DNA from: Phoronis australis
Lineage: Eukaryota > Animalia > Phoronida
Length of the DNA stretch: 64,000 bases
Reading direction: 5' to 3'
Assembly: GCA_002633005.1 (NCBI GenBank)
Contig: NMRA01000105.1
Location: 248,001 to 312,000 of the forward strand
Under the pieces are notes generated by a model. It searched no databases. It had not been told where the DNA came from and worked only from the letters and a program-made list of their open reading frames with translations. This document shows, in pieces, positions 36,401-47,404 of the stretch; positions within the stretch are counted from its first letter, which is position 1, and each line of letters begins with the position of its first letter. A program made the position numbers and the translations under genes.

Positions 36401-37866
36401 TTGGAAATTAAGAAAATGGTGGGCTCTTGGTCAAGACGAATTCTTACTGTTTTAGGTAAAATAACCGTGGTTAAGACACTTTTATTGCCCAAGATTGTTC
36501 ATTTGCTTCAATCCCTCCCTAGCCCCTCCATTGACATGATTCAAGAATTAGAGCGAGTTTTTTTTGGCTTCATTTGGAATGGGAAGAATGATAGAGTTAA
36601 CAGAAATGAAATTGTACAAAATCAGGATCATGGTGGTCTAAAAATGGTTCATGTTAGTTTTTTTATTAAGTCTTTGAAAATATCGTGGCTTCGTAAACTA
36701 TTCACCTCAAATACCATACGTGACCTTGCAGAGGCAGTTTTGGGTTGTAAAGTTGATAACTTTTTTAAAATGGGAGACGCTTTCCTTAAAAAATTAGCTG
36801 AAGGCACCGACAATATGTTCTGGAAGGAAGTTTTAAGCGATGTTGTGCTCCTGTTTCAAATGTGTGACAAAAATGAAAATATTATTTACTCTCCCCTGTG
36901 GTATAATTCAAAGATTAAAGTTGGTAAAAAATCTATTTTCTACAAGACCTGGTATGAAAGGGGAATCTATCGTGTGTGTGATTTGTTTAATGCTGAAGGT
37001 TCTTTTATGTCATACGAACAACTCTGTAATAGTTATAACTTTCAACCTCCAATACTAGAATTCTATGGATTAAGAAGTGCAACCTTTGCAGCGTACAGGG
37101 GTCTTAAGAATAGACAAGACAACATCTTTTTACCAAATTTTCCAAATTATATGTATAAAATTTTACATAATAAATCACAAGCGGTAAATATTTATGACAC
37201 CTTAGTACAGTCACTTCAGACAGCTTGTAAGTATAAAAACAAGTGGTCATCTGAGATAGATATAAACGGTGTTATAAATAATGTAAATTTTAGTGACTCT
37301 GATTCATGGTGGAGAAAAGTAAATAAACTCCCCTTCAATTGTACAAAAGATACAAAATTGCGTTGGTTTCAATACCGCTTAATTCACAGAATATTGCCAA
37401 CTAATAGTTATTTACATAAAATTAAAATAAAAACAAGTGATTTATGCTCTTTCTGTGGTGAACACAGTGAAACTTTTCTCCATCTGTTTTGGGAATGTCG
37501 TCTTGTCTCCGTTTTCTGGCTCCTGTTTACTGACTGGTTAAAACAAACATATCATGTAAATTTTCATGTGGACAAGATAGCAGTGTTTTTTGGTTTTTTG
37601 GGAAACATTCAGTCGGAAAATTGTAATATTAATTTGCTGATCATGCTAGCAAAAAATTACATATTTAGCCAAAAGTTTGTTAAAAAAAATCTTAATTTCC
37701 AATTGTTCATAAACTTTATTAAATTACATCCTGAAGGAAATACGGTACTTGTTGAGTAATGATTTAATGTTATTTTTTGTAAACGATGTATAGTATATTG
37801 TTTGATTTGACTTGTAATTATCATGCTAGAGCAAAATAAAAATATGGAAAAAAAAAACAAAAAAAA
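33427..37866 (+). mobile_element. 5'-truncated Tx1/L1-clade LINE insertion (no ORF1)
   Basis: Flanked by a 16-bp direct repeat with one mismatch (aacaaaccctagcatt 33411-33426; aacaagccctagcatt 37867-37882). AATAAA at 37835 is followed by an A-rich tail. About 550 bp of T-rich spacer precede ORF2. Confidence 0.88.
33980..37759 (+). CDS. Non-LTR retrotransposon ORF2 (APE endonuclease + reverse transcriptase + C-terminal Cys/His domain), L1/Tx1-like
   Basis: Uninterrupted 1259-aa ORF: APE motifs (SFNCRGL, CLQDTH, GDFN, RLDYF, SDH), RT motifs (KSPGPDG, NWRPISLLN, DFEKAFD, GCRQGDPISP, YADD) and the C-terminal CSFC...ETFLHLFWEC motif. Confidence 0.96.
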   Translation: MANNLKIASFNCRGLGTLSKRRDVFHYIRQRAYSIFCLQDTHFTVAEEPIIRAQWGYDCFFSHGRSDARGVAILFNSNFEFKVLSFTSDTAGNLLILELEVNNCFSIVLVNIYGPNKDSPQFFNDISQKIASYNNDFVVVCGDFNLVQDFHLDCHNYISVNNPKARDQMLEMKVALDLTDPWRVYHPSAKKFTWSRTNPVKKARLDYFLVTQQLLSRIEKVEIQSGYRSDHNNVVLTIQLTTFKKGPGFWKFNNSLLKDKEYINLVKNEILCTKKQYALPVYDLNKIQAIDSNNLQFYISDQLFLETLLLNIRTATIPYCIYQKKEKNRKGKDLEEQLMSLQDRFNESDDPEIAVLLENKKSEYEDYRREYMHGVMVRSRANWVENGEKPTKYFCALEKRNFVNKNVTKLISSNNAVIKEQSAILSEITSFYKNLYSCKDGDLVDVNLNERLASCPMPKLNQSNRVELEKFITLEEIHATLKDLKNNKSPGPDGFTVEFFKFFWPDLKYYLFRSFKEGINKGELSISQKQGIISIIPKENKPREFIKNWRPISLLNITYKLLSGCIARRLKGVLGPLIHENQQGFMKGRYIGENIRILYDVIQFLDCKPFPGLLLMIDFEKAFDSVSWSFILKALSYFNFGPRFIDTVKTLYNKSCLCVLQHGFFSEFFEMGRGCRQGDPISPYLFLLCVEILGNLIRRDGGITGVRIGVSEFKLIQYADDTCLILDGSELSLRSSLNLIDQFAKFSGLKPNIEKTRCVWIGSKKDSHEKLCVNENLLWTNKPFMFLGINFSTDYNTMPGINYSCRFLEIKKMVGSWSRRILTVLGKITVVKTLLLPKIVHLLQSLPSPSIDMIQELERVFFGFIWNGKNDRVNRNEIVQNQDHGGLKMVHVSFFIKSLKISWLRKLFTSNTIRDLAEAVLGCKVDNFFKMGDAFLKKLAEGTDNMFWKEVLSDVVLLFQMCDKNENIIYSPLWYNSKIKVGKKSIFYKTWYERGIYRVCDLFNAEGSFMSYEQLCNSYNFQPPILEFYGLRSATFAAYRGLKNRQDNIFLPNFPNYMYKILHNKSQAVNIYDTLVQSLQTACKYKNKWSSEIDINGVINNVNFSDSDSWWRKVNKLPFNCTKDTKLRWFQYRLIHRILPTNSYLHKIKIKTSDLCSFCGEHSETFLHLFWECRLVSVFWLLFTDWLKQTYHVNFHVDKIAVFFGFLGNIQSENCNINLLIMLAKNYIFSQKFVKKNLNFQLFINFIKLHPEGNTVLVE

Positions 37867-39099
37867 AACAAGCCCTAGCATTAAGACAAACAATGGCAGG
37901 GCTCTACGATAGACTGAATGCAGAGGGCACCGTTGTCACTTTTTGAATGTTGTTTTGCTTTTTACCCTAATCTCATAGTGGCCCTAATAGTAAGAAAAGC
38001 CTATGAGTGCGGCACCATACTAAAGCGATACCATAGTAATGGCCGAGAACTTGTTATATATAGTCGACCAACTTCTCGAGCGAAGCAGTGCCTGTTTCAC
38101 TTTTACGCAGAACGCCACATGGCAACATTTGGTTGTGAGGGAAAACATGAACATTTAATAATTCTACGAAAATCTGCAATTAAAGATGGGACAAATTTAT
38201 CAACGACGGATTAAGGGTTCACATGATCATGAAACCACTTTTTTCAAGACTCAAACTTTGAATACTTATTTGAATGAATCACGGTGCCCAACTTTTTGTG
38301 GCCTTGTCCAGCCTTTTATCTGTTTGCCCATCATAATCGACAATTATTAGCGGTGTCCAACCCCCGTTACGCTCCAGCCCTGTTTGCTGACAGTGCCACT
38401 TTGAATAAATTCTAAGTTTTTAAAAGCCTTGTCACCATACCCTGTTTTTTCTCGGTGGACATAGCAAGGTAAAAAGACATGGCTTTGTTGATTTTCTTCA
38501 TTTTTGAGAAACCCCATGGAGTGTACTGTCTGTCAGTCGGGTTGCGGAACTGACGCATTCTCCATGACGTACCCCTATTGTATCGATGGACAACTTCCAA
38601 CATTCAACTCCACGTTCTTCAGTTCAACCTGACCCGCCTTCTGTTTCTCATGGGTTTCCCTTGTTACTTTTAGGAGGCAGAATACTCCGCACTGACATTT
38701 TACATACGCTGTTGTTAAGATTTTCATAGCTGAATACTGTTTGTTTTTGTATTTGCTTAATACTGTCGTGTATTTTAAAGGACAGAAGATGAATCACGAC
38801 ACTTCACCAGACAGCGCTTTTGTGTAAGTCGCATCCTTTTTTGTTCTGACTACTATTGTTTTTTGCTCGCTAAGATTTTACTCTCACAAAAACAAGTGTT
38901 TCTTCATTAGTCATCTGTTAGATCTCTCAAACTTACTGGGGTGTTTACTCAAATTGTGCCTGACACATCCATATCACGACTTGAGAAGTTTGTCACAGCT
39001 TTTACAATTTATTCTACGGTAAATTATACATAAACTATCTTGTAATTGCCCCTGGTGGGAAACATAGCTGTGACGCATAGAAAATCAACACCATTCACT

Positions 39100-40940
39100 G
39101 ATATTCCGTCTGGATTCACTTCTATTACCGGTTTGAACAAACGGCAGTCGGAGAATGACTGGCGACCAGCACTAATTTTTTAAGGATTAATTGCAATGAA
39201 ATGGCGTCCGTCCTGGCTCTGTCAGATGACTCGGAACATCCTGAATTGGGTGATAGACTGAACGATTTCAGTAGACTGATGTCATTGGCCAATCTCCTTT
39301 TCACTAGCCTACATATATAACCGGAACCGCTGAGGTGTTGCACCGTTTGCACCCTCTTTATGAAAGAACGAGTGACACTTTCTTCAGTGGCACGCAGGCC
39401 TTCTGGTTTCTTCCATCACTTTTCAGTACCTTGTATTTTGGTCTCGGGCCAATGTCTACACCACCCAGTTTTATACACGGTTTTGTAACCTCTCTGTGAA
39501 TATCAGGTGCATAGTGGTACGCACACGTTTCATTACTTTTGTTATACGTACCGAAGATGAAAGTACAGCATTCACATTACGCTTGACATTCTAGATGCCA
39601 AACATCTTTTCACTGTTGTGAGCAACTGTTGCCAGACCATCCTTTTCATTTTCGTAAGGAAATAGTGGTCTCCGGGGTTAGGCTGTCAAGGAGGTAGGTC
39701 CCGGAAGGGGAGGGGGTCACCGCGACCGATCCCCTAACAACCCCTATCAGATTGTGCACACCAAATGATATTATTGGATGTCACTACCATTGTTTTGTGT
39801 CCCATTATTCAGAGGTGCAGTGCCATATGGCTCGAATACCATTTGAGGAAATAATTAAATGAAGAGACGACATCCGTGATGGTTTTAGTGGCATGCATGC
39901 GTACGTTCAGGGGGCATGGCACAGTCAGGACGGGGTCACATAAACAGATCAAAAGGGTCAGGTTCAGTTTGCACGCCTCCTGACATGCAAGCCTGAAACT
40001 GACACCAGAAAACGATTTGCGTGAAAACCTACGGAGGATAACAAGAGGCGCACTACCAACAAAAACAGAAATTAGCCATATCCACTTCATTTCAGGCTTA
40101 ATATTTACGTGATAAGCTACTCCTTTGTTCATATTGTCTTGGCCACGCATGCATTACTAAGCTTCAGATCCGGAGCCTATCGACCATTTCATGCGCGCAC
40201 ACATTTGGCGAAGTGGGCAAAAATGTCCGCCTCAGAGAAACAAAAAGTCCAAAAAAAAAGACAAAAGTCACTAGGAATTTGGCGCGAATGCACAATTCAC
40301 AGGTCTGAACTCACGTTTTATTTTTTAGGCCCCGTTTTCCTTTTTTTCAGTTAAAGTTCCACATACTGAAAATTCGAGCCCCCCTATATTTTAGGCTGGG
40401 TGCACGCATGCATTGTCGAGAACTTGGTGAAGATGAGATGTTTAAGTGAAGAGGATTGAAGGTGCACCTGCAGCAGAAACAGTTTGATGTTTTTATTGCT
40501 GCAGACACAGTTTTTTATTGGTAAAATTTTTGTGAAAAATATGTTAAAAATGTTTCGACGCCTGTAAAAACCATAATATTGTTTCAATCGGCCTTTGGTT
40601 GGCGTAAATACCTGAAATCTGCAAGAGTCACACGTTGATGAGGACAAATATGAATATATACCGGAAATCCTTTTTCATTTACAACTTTCCACGACACGTG
40701 GAGGAAGTAATAACCAAAAACTGCCAGCTCTAAGTGGCTATCATGATATCTTACCAAAGTGTTTGGGACACAGATGTACCTTTAAATCACAATCACCCCG
40801 CCTAAGTAGTATCAAATAATTCAATGTTGAGGTCGGGTTCATCGAACATGCAATTGATTGGTGAAATGACTGCCGCATTCGATCGTTTCACATCAGCCAG
40901 GTCAGCCGTCAGAGACTAGTACACTTTCTTCAGGACAGTT
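39100..40940 (-). pseudogene. Probable decayed LRR/Ig/TM receptor relic A
   Basis: Starts at a strong acceptor (ttttttctctcctttcatag); ~530 bp homologous to 49590-50128; downstream CVAK..NMNKGVAYHVNIKPEMKWIWLISVFVGSAPLVILRR resembles an Ig C-terminal strand plus TM; many stops; a 221-bp TIR insertion at 40190-40410. Confidence 0.4.
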
Positions 40941-41089
40941 CTATGAAAGGAGAGAAAAAAGACCAATTTACAAGAATTAAGAAGGGAGACTTTGAAGGGT
41001 TATGTTGTCCGATCAGAGACCGTAGGTGTCGCCACAGTCCATGACACAATAATGGCGGTGGCCTTGGTGAATAGTCTTATTAGCGTCTT

Positions 41090-43030
41090 TGGTCCGATCA
41101 AGAGCAAACTGGATTGAAAGTGGAGAACGCCCGACCAAATATTTTTGCAACTCAGAATCAAGGAACGTTTTTAGTATTTTATAAAATAATTGCAGGCGGT
41201 CTGATACACGTAGTACCAGACGTGCGCAGGCCTCGCATGTGGACCCATTGCACTGATCACCTGGAAATATTTTTATGCTTTATTAATATATGGTTAAAAC
41301 CGAGCTGAGGAGCTAGAAACCTGGCTCAAGGGTTCAGCAGTGTGACCTGGTGGGACTTGTACCCACGACCTCGAGTAAAGAAAGCGGGCACTTATCAACC
41401 AGGCCACACTGCCTCCTCACGTTTTTAGTAAGTTGATATATGCAATAGAAACAGAGGAAGGAGAAACTATTAAAAATCAAAAGTAAATTTTATGTGAGAC
41501 AATGAATTTTTATAAAAGCTTCTTTCTGGTCTGAGAGTGAAGAAATGTTGAATATAGTGAACTCGGACATTGTCAGTTAACGGTACTTTCGGAGTTGGAG
41601 GCAATCCATTTAGAAAATGAAATTAATATTGATGAATTATCTGTGGTTTTAAAACATACAAAAAACGATAGAATTTTTAAAAGTTTTTTGGGGAAGACAT
41701 AAAATATTTTGTATCGCGGCGCATTAAATGTAGTTTTGAAAAGGAGAAAATGTCTACAACTCAACGGACTGGGATTATTATATGTATTCCAATACCAGAC
41801 AAGTCGAAACAGTTTCTGAAAAACTGCAATATACTGTCTTTGGGATGCATTGCAAATAGAATTAATAGAGTTCTAGACAAACTGATCGCAAATACCCAAA
41901 CTGGGTTTATTAAAGGGAGGTTTATGGCTGAGAACACGAGACTAATTTATGATATTGTGAGTTATACGGACAAACACAACATTCCAGGACTACTTGTGTT
42001 GATAGATTTGAAAAGGTTTTTGACAGTATTTCCTGGGACTTTGTATTCAAAGTTCTGAATAATTTCAATTTCAAGGTCAATATTATTCGATATATAAAAA
42101 CATTTTATAATAAACCAATTGCCCGTGTTATACAAAATGGATTTGTGTCTGACAACTTCATACTGGAACGCGGATGTCGATAAGGTGATCCTCTCCCCTT
42201 TTTATACTGTGTACTGAAATTTTGTGTCTATATTGATTAACCATGATCCTGAAGTGGAAACAATTCTTACCATATTTTGTGCAAAAATGACATAATGCCA
42301 TCGGCACAAAAGAAATGCGAAGCATTCCGATTTTTGCTGTCAGAGAAGATGTGGAATTTCTATTACAAACTTCCACATGAATGTACGAATGACACAGAAT
42401 TGGTTTTCTTTCAGTTTCTTTTGCTGCATAGAATTCTACTTACTAATAACGTTTTGAATAAGATTAGATATGGACTCAAATGCTTGTACTTTTTGTAAAT
42501 ACTTTCCCGAGACTTTAGAACATTTATTCTTTGAATGAGAATATGATAATTCTTTCTGGCGTGGGGTACGTCTCTGGTTAATGACTGCAATGCAAGTAAA
42601 TTTTGAAATAGACAAAACCATCATAATATATTTGTCTTCAAAGTGAACAGAATAGAATTTTGAATTGGTTCCTTTTCCAAACAAAAATTTTCATTTTTAA
42701 AATGAAATTTGCTGACGTCAGACCTAATTTAAGATGCCTTAAAGTTTTTTTGAGAGTGTGCTTTAATGTTTAAGTCAGTGTTTCTTTAAACACATGGAAA
42801 TTTAATGATACATACAAATGGGAGGATTGGAAATGTGTTTTTGAAACATGAAAGGAGCCAGAGAGTTGACCAGATGCCAGAACAGAAACTCAAGTAGCAC
42901 TTTTAAATGCGTATAACTTGGAACTAACAATCAAGTGCTTTCTTGCTTTTTTGCACGCTTCTGTACGTTGTTGTGTTGTGTTGTGTATATTTGTATATGT
43001 ACCTGTTTCTGTAATAAATGTATTAAAAAA
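41090..43030 (+). mobile_element. Degenerate, internally deleted Tx1/L1-clade LINE relic
   Basis: Frameshifted pieces homologous to the intact ORF2: VRSRANWIESGERPTKYFCN, QTGFIKGRFMAENTRLIYD, GCR*GDPL, FQFLLLHRILLTN, ETLEHLFFE. The 3' end has (GTTGT)n, AATAAA and an A-run near 43013-43030. Confidence 0.85.
41177..41418 (-). mobile_element. tRNA-derived SINE, copy 3, nested in the LINE relic
   Basis: Full head and body; perfect 12-bp TSD acgtttttagta at 41165-41176 and 41419-41430. Confidence 0.85.
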
Positions 43031-44330
43031 CACTTCCGCATGACGGTCTATATGTATTCTAAGAAACTTTTGAGTTTAGTTCTGTTCCGTTGATTTGCTG
43101 TGCGTTCGTGTGCATAATCACAGACGCGGAAATAAGTTTAATATACAATTTGCCGTGAAACATTTATTGAAACTAAACAACCGTGGTTTACAACACATTT
43201 AGCAAATACAGAAAACATTCTGTCAATTAGCACTTAATTTGAAGGCACATGCCAGTTTTGTGAGTTTGCTTGACACACAGTGACAATCATTATCCCTCAT
43301 ACCCACCAATCATAAACCGCTTCCTACGTTGATCTGCAGAAACTCGTATCAGTTAGTATCGTAAAGGCCTGGTGCTGAAGCCACACCTATGGAGGTTTTC
43401 TGGAAATGGCCGAACGTAACCAGTAAAAATCGCACGTGGGGGCTCTGCCTGGAAACCCTTCGAAAAATACTCATAGAGCGATTTCGAAATCGTTTACACG
43501 CCAGCTCTCTTGTCCAATAGGGACGTCCCGGTTTACACAGCGAAACTCGAATCTCGCTGTATTTACCCACACTGCCCTAAACATCCGTCAGGCACATTTG
43601 ACGCCTCGTTTTCGTGTCATTGGAGTTTCATATTCTATTTGTTGTAGTTTGATACTTTACATTTTTTGCCTCTTTCATTACTCTGTTCGTCCTTTCAGTA
43701 CCAACGAAGTGCTGTGGGCTGTGGACTGGACAAAACGAGGTCACACGCTTTCTTATCTCCGGGACAAAGGAGAATTCTGTCACCATGTAATCCGGGACGG
43801 CCCTATTGGAAAGTGTGGGCAATGTTAAATATCATCAATTTTGGAGTTTTCGCGCGCGTTGAGTTCCGCTGAAATATTTGAAAAAGCTTCTTAACGAATT
43901 TTTCGCTGGGGAGCCAGTTGCTGAACTCCCGAAAAAGAGAAACTTAGTAGGTATTTCAAATTCATGACCAGTCAAGTCCACGACAGAAGCTAATCGACAA
44001 CCCGAGCTTTCGAAAGATGACTGTCATTTGTTCGTAGCAACTCCTATGGCTCTCTTAGATGCAAAGTCACTTGGAGGGAAACATTCCGCAGAGTGGACGC
44101 AAGAGATTCGGGAGGAAAGCTACAGTTATCATCGCTTGTAATGCATAGCATTGTCGTGTAAACGTTTGCGTGGAGTCGCTTTTCTCCATAGAAATTGGTT
44201 AACGGAACCCTAGCCGGGAAACAAGATGTTTCCGAAAGATTTCCGTTCAGTGACCTTTCTTGTGAATGAAAAACAAATTAGGTATTACGTTGGTTAGCAG
44301 AAAAGGACGCTTTCTATACGTAAGGGAAAT

Positions 44331-47147
44331 CTAGGAGTTAATAATAACACCATTCTCCCACGTACTACCTATTCTTCTGCCTGACGCCTGCCTTTCACGT
44401 CGTACTCTGGTGAATCTACAGCACAAGAGATGTTTAATAAAGCTGCAAAACGGTGCAAATATTATACCAACGACTGCGCCGACGACTGTGAACAAAATCT
44501 TCACGAATATTGACATGTCCGTCATTTCACCTTTTCGGCTCAACTTGCATGATAATGGAGTGCGAACAGAACTTGAACTTATCAGATTTACTGTTTCACA
44601 ACTGTAGTCCGCCATGGACAACTGGTCACTATGAAAACGGATAGACCCGGTGTTCCCTAACACGGAGCGATTTCCCAGCGATTGGAATTCAACGACATCC
44701 TTTGATGGTGTGGTAATCTTGATCATCGGCGCTGGGTCACCTGATGCCGAGCAACTAACCTCGGCGTGTCCTTCGTGAACTCTAAATTGCAGACGAGGCT
44801 GGGACGGTTTTTCACACACAAGTGTTTTATCAATAAAAGTGTCAATAGGAAAACTTTTCTCGAAAGGGGTTTTACAATTTATAAATCTACTACTGTAGTA
44901 ATTGACAGCACTTTCAACTTTTTCTTGAAACTCCTTAAGCTCACAATTACAATGAAATGGATTTCCACTCAAGTGGAAGATATTGGAACCGAACTCAGGA
45001 GAAACAGTTTGGATTCTGTTATTTTCCAATTTCACTGCACGTAAATTCGGCATTCCTGCAAACGAATCGTATTCCACAAATACTAATTCATTATTGTTGA
45101 GATCAATTTCGTTTAGTGTGTTCACACAATTGAACACATCTTTGAAAATATTTTGAACGAAATTGCCATCTAGTCTAATACACCGTAATTGTCTTAGATC
45201 GCAAAATGTACCTTTTTGTATGTCACCGATTTGATTTTGTGAAAGAACAAGAGCAGTTAACACCGTGAAATATCTGGAAAAAATGTTGCGGTTAACGGTT
45301 GCGATGTTATTGTTTTGAAGTTGAAGAGACTCCAAATTATACATAAAGGCGAAACATTCGTTTTCTAATTGGTTTATCTCATTATAACTGAGAACCAGTT
45401 TTCTCAGATTGAAGAGTCCCCACAGCCACTCTTTGTTTACCGTCTTAATGTTATTGCCGTGAAGATCTAGCTCTTCCAGCTTCCTCAGGTTATTGAAAGA
45501 ATTTCGCTGAATTGACGTTATGGTGTTATTCGATAAATCAAGTACCATTAGGTCAAATAAAAATGAAAACATCGAAGGAGATATGTAGCGAAGAAAGTTA
45601 TCGGCTAAAGTCAGATGTGTCGCATTTGATTGTCGCAAAAATGTCGCCTCCTGGATTTCAATCACGTTACAGCCCCTGAAGTTCAACTTTTGACTTCGCA
45701 CATTCTTTAAGAATTCCTTTGATAAACTTATATTATTCATTCCACTATTAACCACTTTAAATCCCCGAGACCAAACTCTATACACATCCGATGATTTGTG
45801 CGTTTTCATGACTACTGACGGTAGGCTAACAGTAGTGGTCATATTTTTTATGCTAAGCGTGAAATGTAATAATCTACCAAACTTCACTTTTGTCAAACTC
45901 ACGACAGAGTCAACTTCTAGCTCAAGATTTTGAAGATTCTCCAAGTCCTTGAAAACGCGTTCGTGTACGGACGTAATGATGTTACCAGATAACAATAAAT
46001 CCGACAATTTTGTTAGATTTGAAAACGTTCCCCATTTCAAATTCGTCAGCAAGTTATGCGATACGTCTAATATGATCAATTTGTTAAGGTTAACCAAATC
46101 AAAAGTTTCCAGCTTATTGGAGCTAACATACAGATAAGTTAAACTGTGCAGCCCTTTAAACAATTCTTTTGCTAAGTTGCGTATCACATTTCCCTCCATC
46201 CTGATGGAACGTAAATCCCGAATATTTCGAAATGTACTTGGATGAATTTCCCGGATTCTATTTTTGCTGATAACTAAAAATTTGAGCGCTTGAAGACCTT
46301 CGAAATAGAGCTTTGAAATGTATGTCAGATTGTTCTGCCCAATGTCTAGTGTACGCAGACGATAAGTGTAAGTAAAGGCCGATGGGCAAATGGTCGTTAT
46401 CTCGTTCCTGCTTATATGCAGAGACACAAGACGTTCGAGTCCAAGAAATGCAGTTGGTGTGATGTCTTGTAAATAGTTATCTGATAACAAAAGATACTTT
46501 AAATGTTTTAAATGAGCGAACGGTCCATTCTTCAATTCTCGAACTCTGTTGAAACTGATATCCAACGACATCAGATTGCTTAATCCCTTGAACACATCCA
46601 TCGAAATGTTACCCAGTTTGTTTCTCTTGAGTTGTAAGGTTTTCAGATTGGTAAGGGACTTGAAAGAATTATCTTGAATGACTGTTATCAAATTTTCTTG
46701 TAAGTCTAACACTGCAAGTGAAGAGAGACCAATGAATGTCATTTCCTGAATCTCTGTTATTTTGTTCTTGGACAGCACGAGTGTCTCCACAGTAACCAGT
46801 CGCTCAAATGTAGCGTCGTCGATCTTACTCACGTTGTTACCTTTCAAGCTAAGAAACTTAATACCATCCAGTCCTCGTAGGATGTCTTTTCCTATATGCG
46901 ATATCTGGTTTTCATCAAGTTGTAAACTTATCACTCTAGACGAGAGGTTGCTGAATGTATTCTCAGAAATATCCCGAATTCCGCACCTGGCTAAGTTGAC
47001 GAGACCCCATCGATTAAGCTTGGCTTGAATAACAGATTTTGACACTGTTGAACAATCTATTGCTTCAGCCAGGTAAACACACTCATACAAAGATACAGTT
47101 GTTATCAGAACTAGGATAAAATTGTTTCCAAGAGCCATTGATAACAT
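44331..47147 (-). CDS. Leucine-rich-repeat + Ig-like single-pass membrane receptor, no TIR domain, one coding exon
   Basis: The 945-aa track ORF starts at a TTG; first ATGs are at 47147 and 47138, with a putative acceptor AG at 47171-47172. It has a hydrophobic signal segment, roughly 25 LxxLxLxxNxI repeats in two blocks, LRRCT (NPFHCNCEL...C..P), an Ig-like domain (VSCSASGDPAP...DYSCETVN), a TM helix (IFVKILFTVVGAVVGIIFAPF) and a short basic tail. Confidence 0.9.
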   Translation of the reverse strand: MLSMALGNNFILVLITTVSLYECVYLAEAIDCSTVSKSVIQAKLNRWGLVNLARCGIRDISENTFSNLSSRVISLQLDENQISHIGKDILRGLDGIKFLSLKGNNVSKIDDATFERLVTVETLVLSKNKITEIQEMTFIGLSSLAVLDLQENLITVIQDNSFKSLTNLKTLQLKRNKLGNISMDVFKGLSNLMSLDISFNRVRELKNGPFAHLKHLKYLLLSDNYLQDITPTAFLGLERLVSLHISRNEITTICPSAFTYTYRLRTLDIGQNNLTYISKLYFEGLQALKFLVISKNRIREIHPSTFRNIRDLRSIRMEGNVIRNLAKELFKGLHSLTYLYVSSNKLETFDLVNLNKLIILDVSHNLLTNLKWGTFSNLTKLSDLLLSGNIITSVHERVFKDLENLQNLELEVDSVVSLTKVKFGRLLHFTLSIKNMTTTVSLPSVVMKTHKSSDVYRVWSRGFKVVNSGMNNISLSKEFLKNVRSQKLNFRGCNVIEIQEATFLRQSNATHLTLADNFLRYISPSMFSFLFDLMVLDLSNNTITSIQRNSFNNLRKLEELDLHGNNIKTVNKEWLWGLFNLRKLVLSYNEINQLENECFAFMYNLESLQLQNNNIATVNRNIFSRYFTVLTALVLSQNQIGDIQKGTFCDLRQLRCIRLDGNFVQNIFKDVFNCVNTLNEIDLNNNELVFVEYDSFAGMPNLRAVKLENNRIQTVSPEFGSNIFHLSGNPFHCNCELKEFQEKVESAVNYYSSRFINCKTPFEKSFPIDTFIDKTLVCEKPSQPRLQFRVHEGHAEVSCSASGDPAPMIKITTPSKDVVEFQSLGNRSVLGNTGSIRFHSDQLSMADYSCETVNLISSSSVRTPLSCKLSRKGEMTDMSIFVKILFTVVGAVVGIIFAPFCSFIKHLLCCRFTRVRRERQASGRRIGSTWENGVIINS

Positions 47148-47404
47148 CGACGTAGGCGGTGACTTCAAAACTAAAATGATATATCAAAAGTAATCAGTGC
47201 CATTTATATTCATTACGACAATTTCATCCATCACAGTTTCCCCATGTTTTACATAAATTAGTTCTCAGAGGATGACAAGTTGTATTTAACACAAAATCAA
47301 TAAAGTGGTGTAAACGAGTATGGCGTATGTCAATTAGAAAGATTATTGTCACGGCGTGCGTATTACTGGAAGTATCATGGGAAGTTAGTGACAGCAACCC
47401 GTTT

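Noticed and set aside
47148-47168. TTG start of the 945-aa track ORF
   Set aside because: Prokaryote-style start call; in-frame ATGs at 47147/47138 precede the signal peptide.
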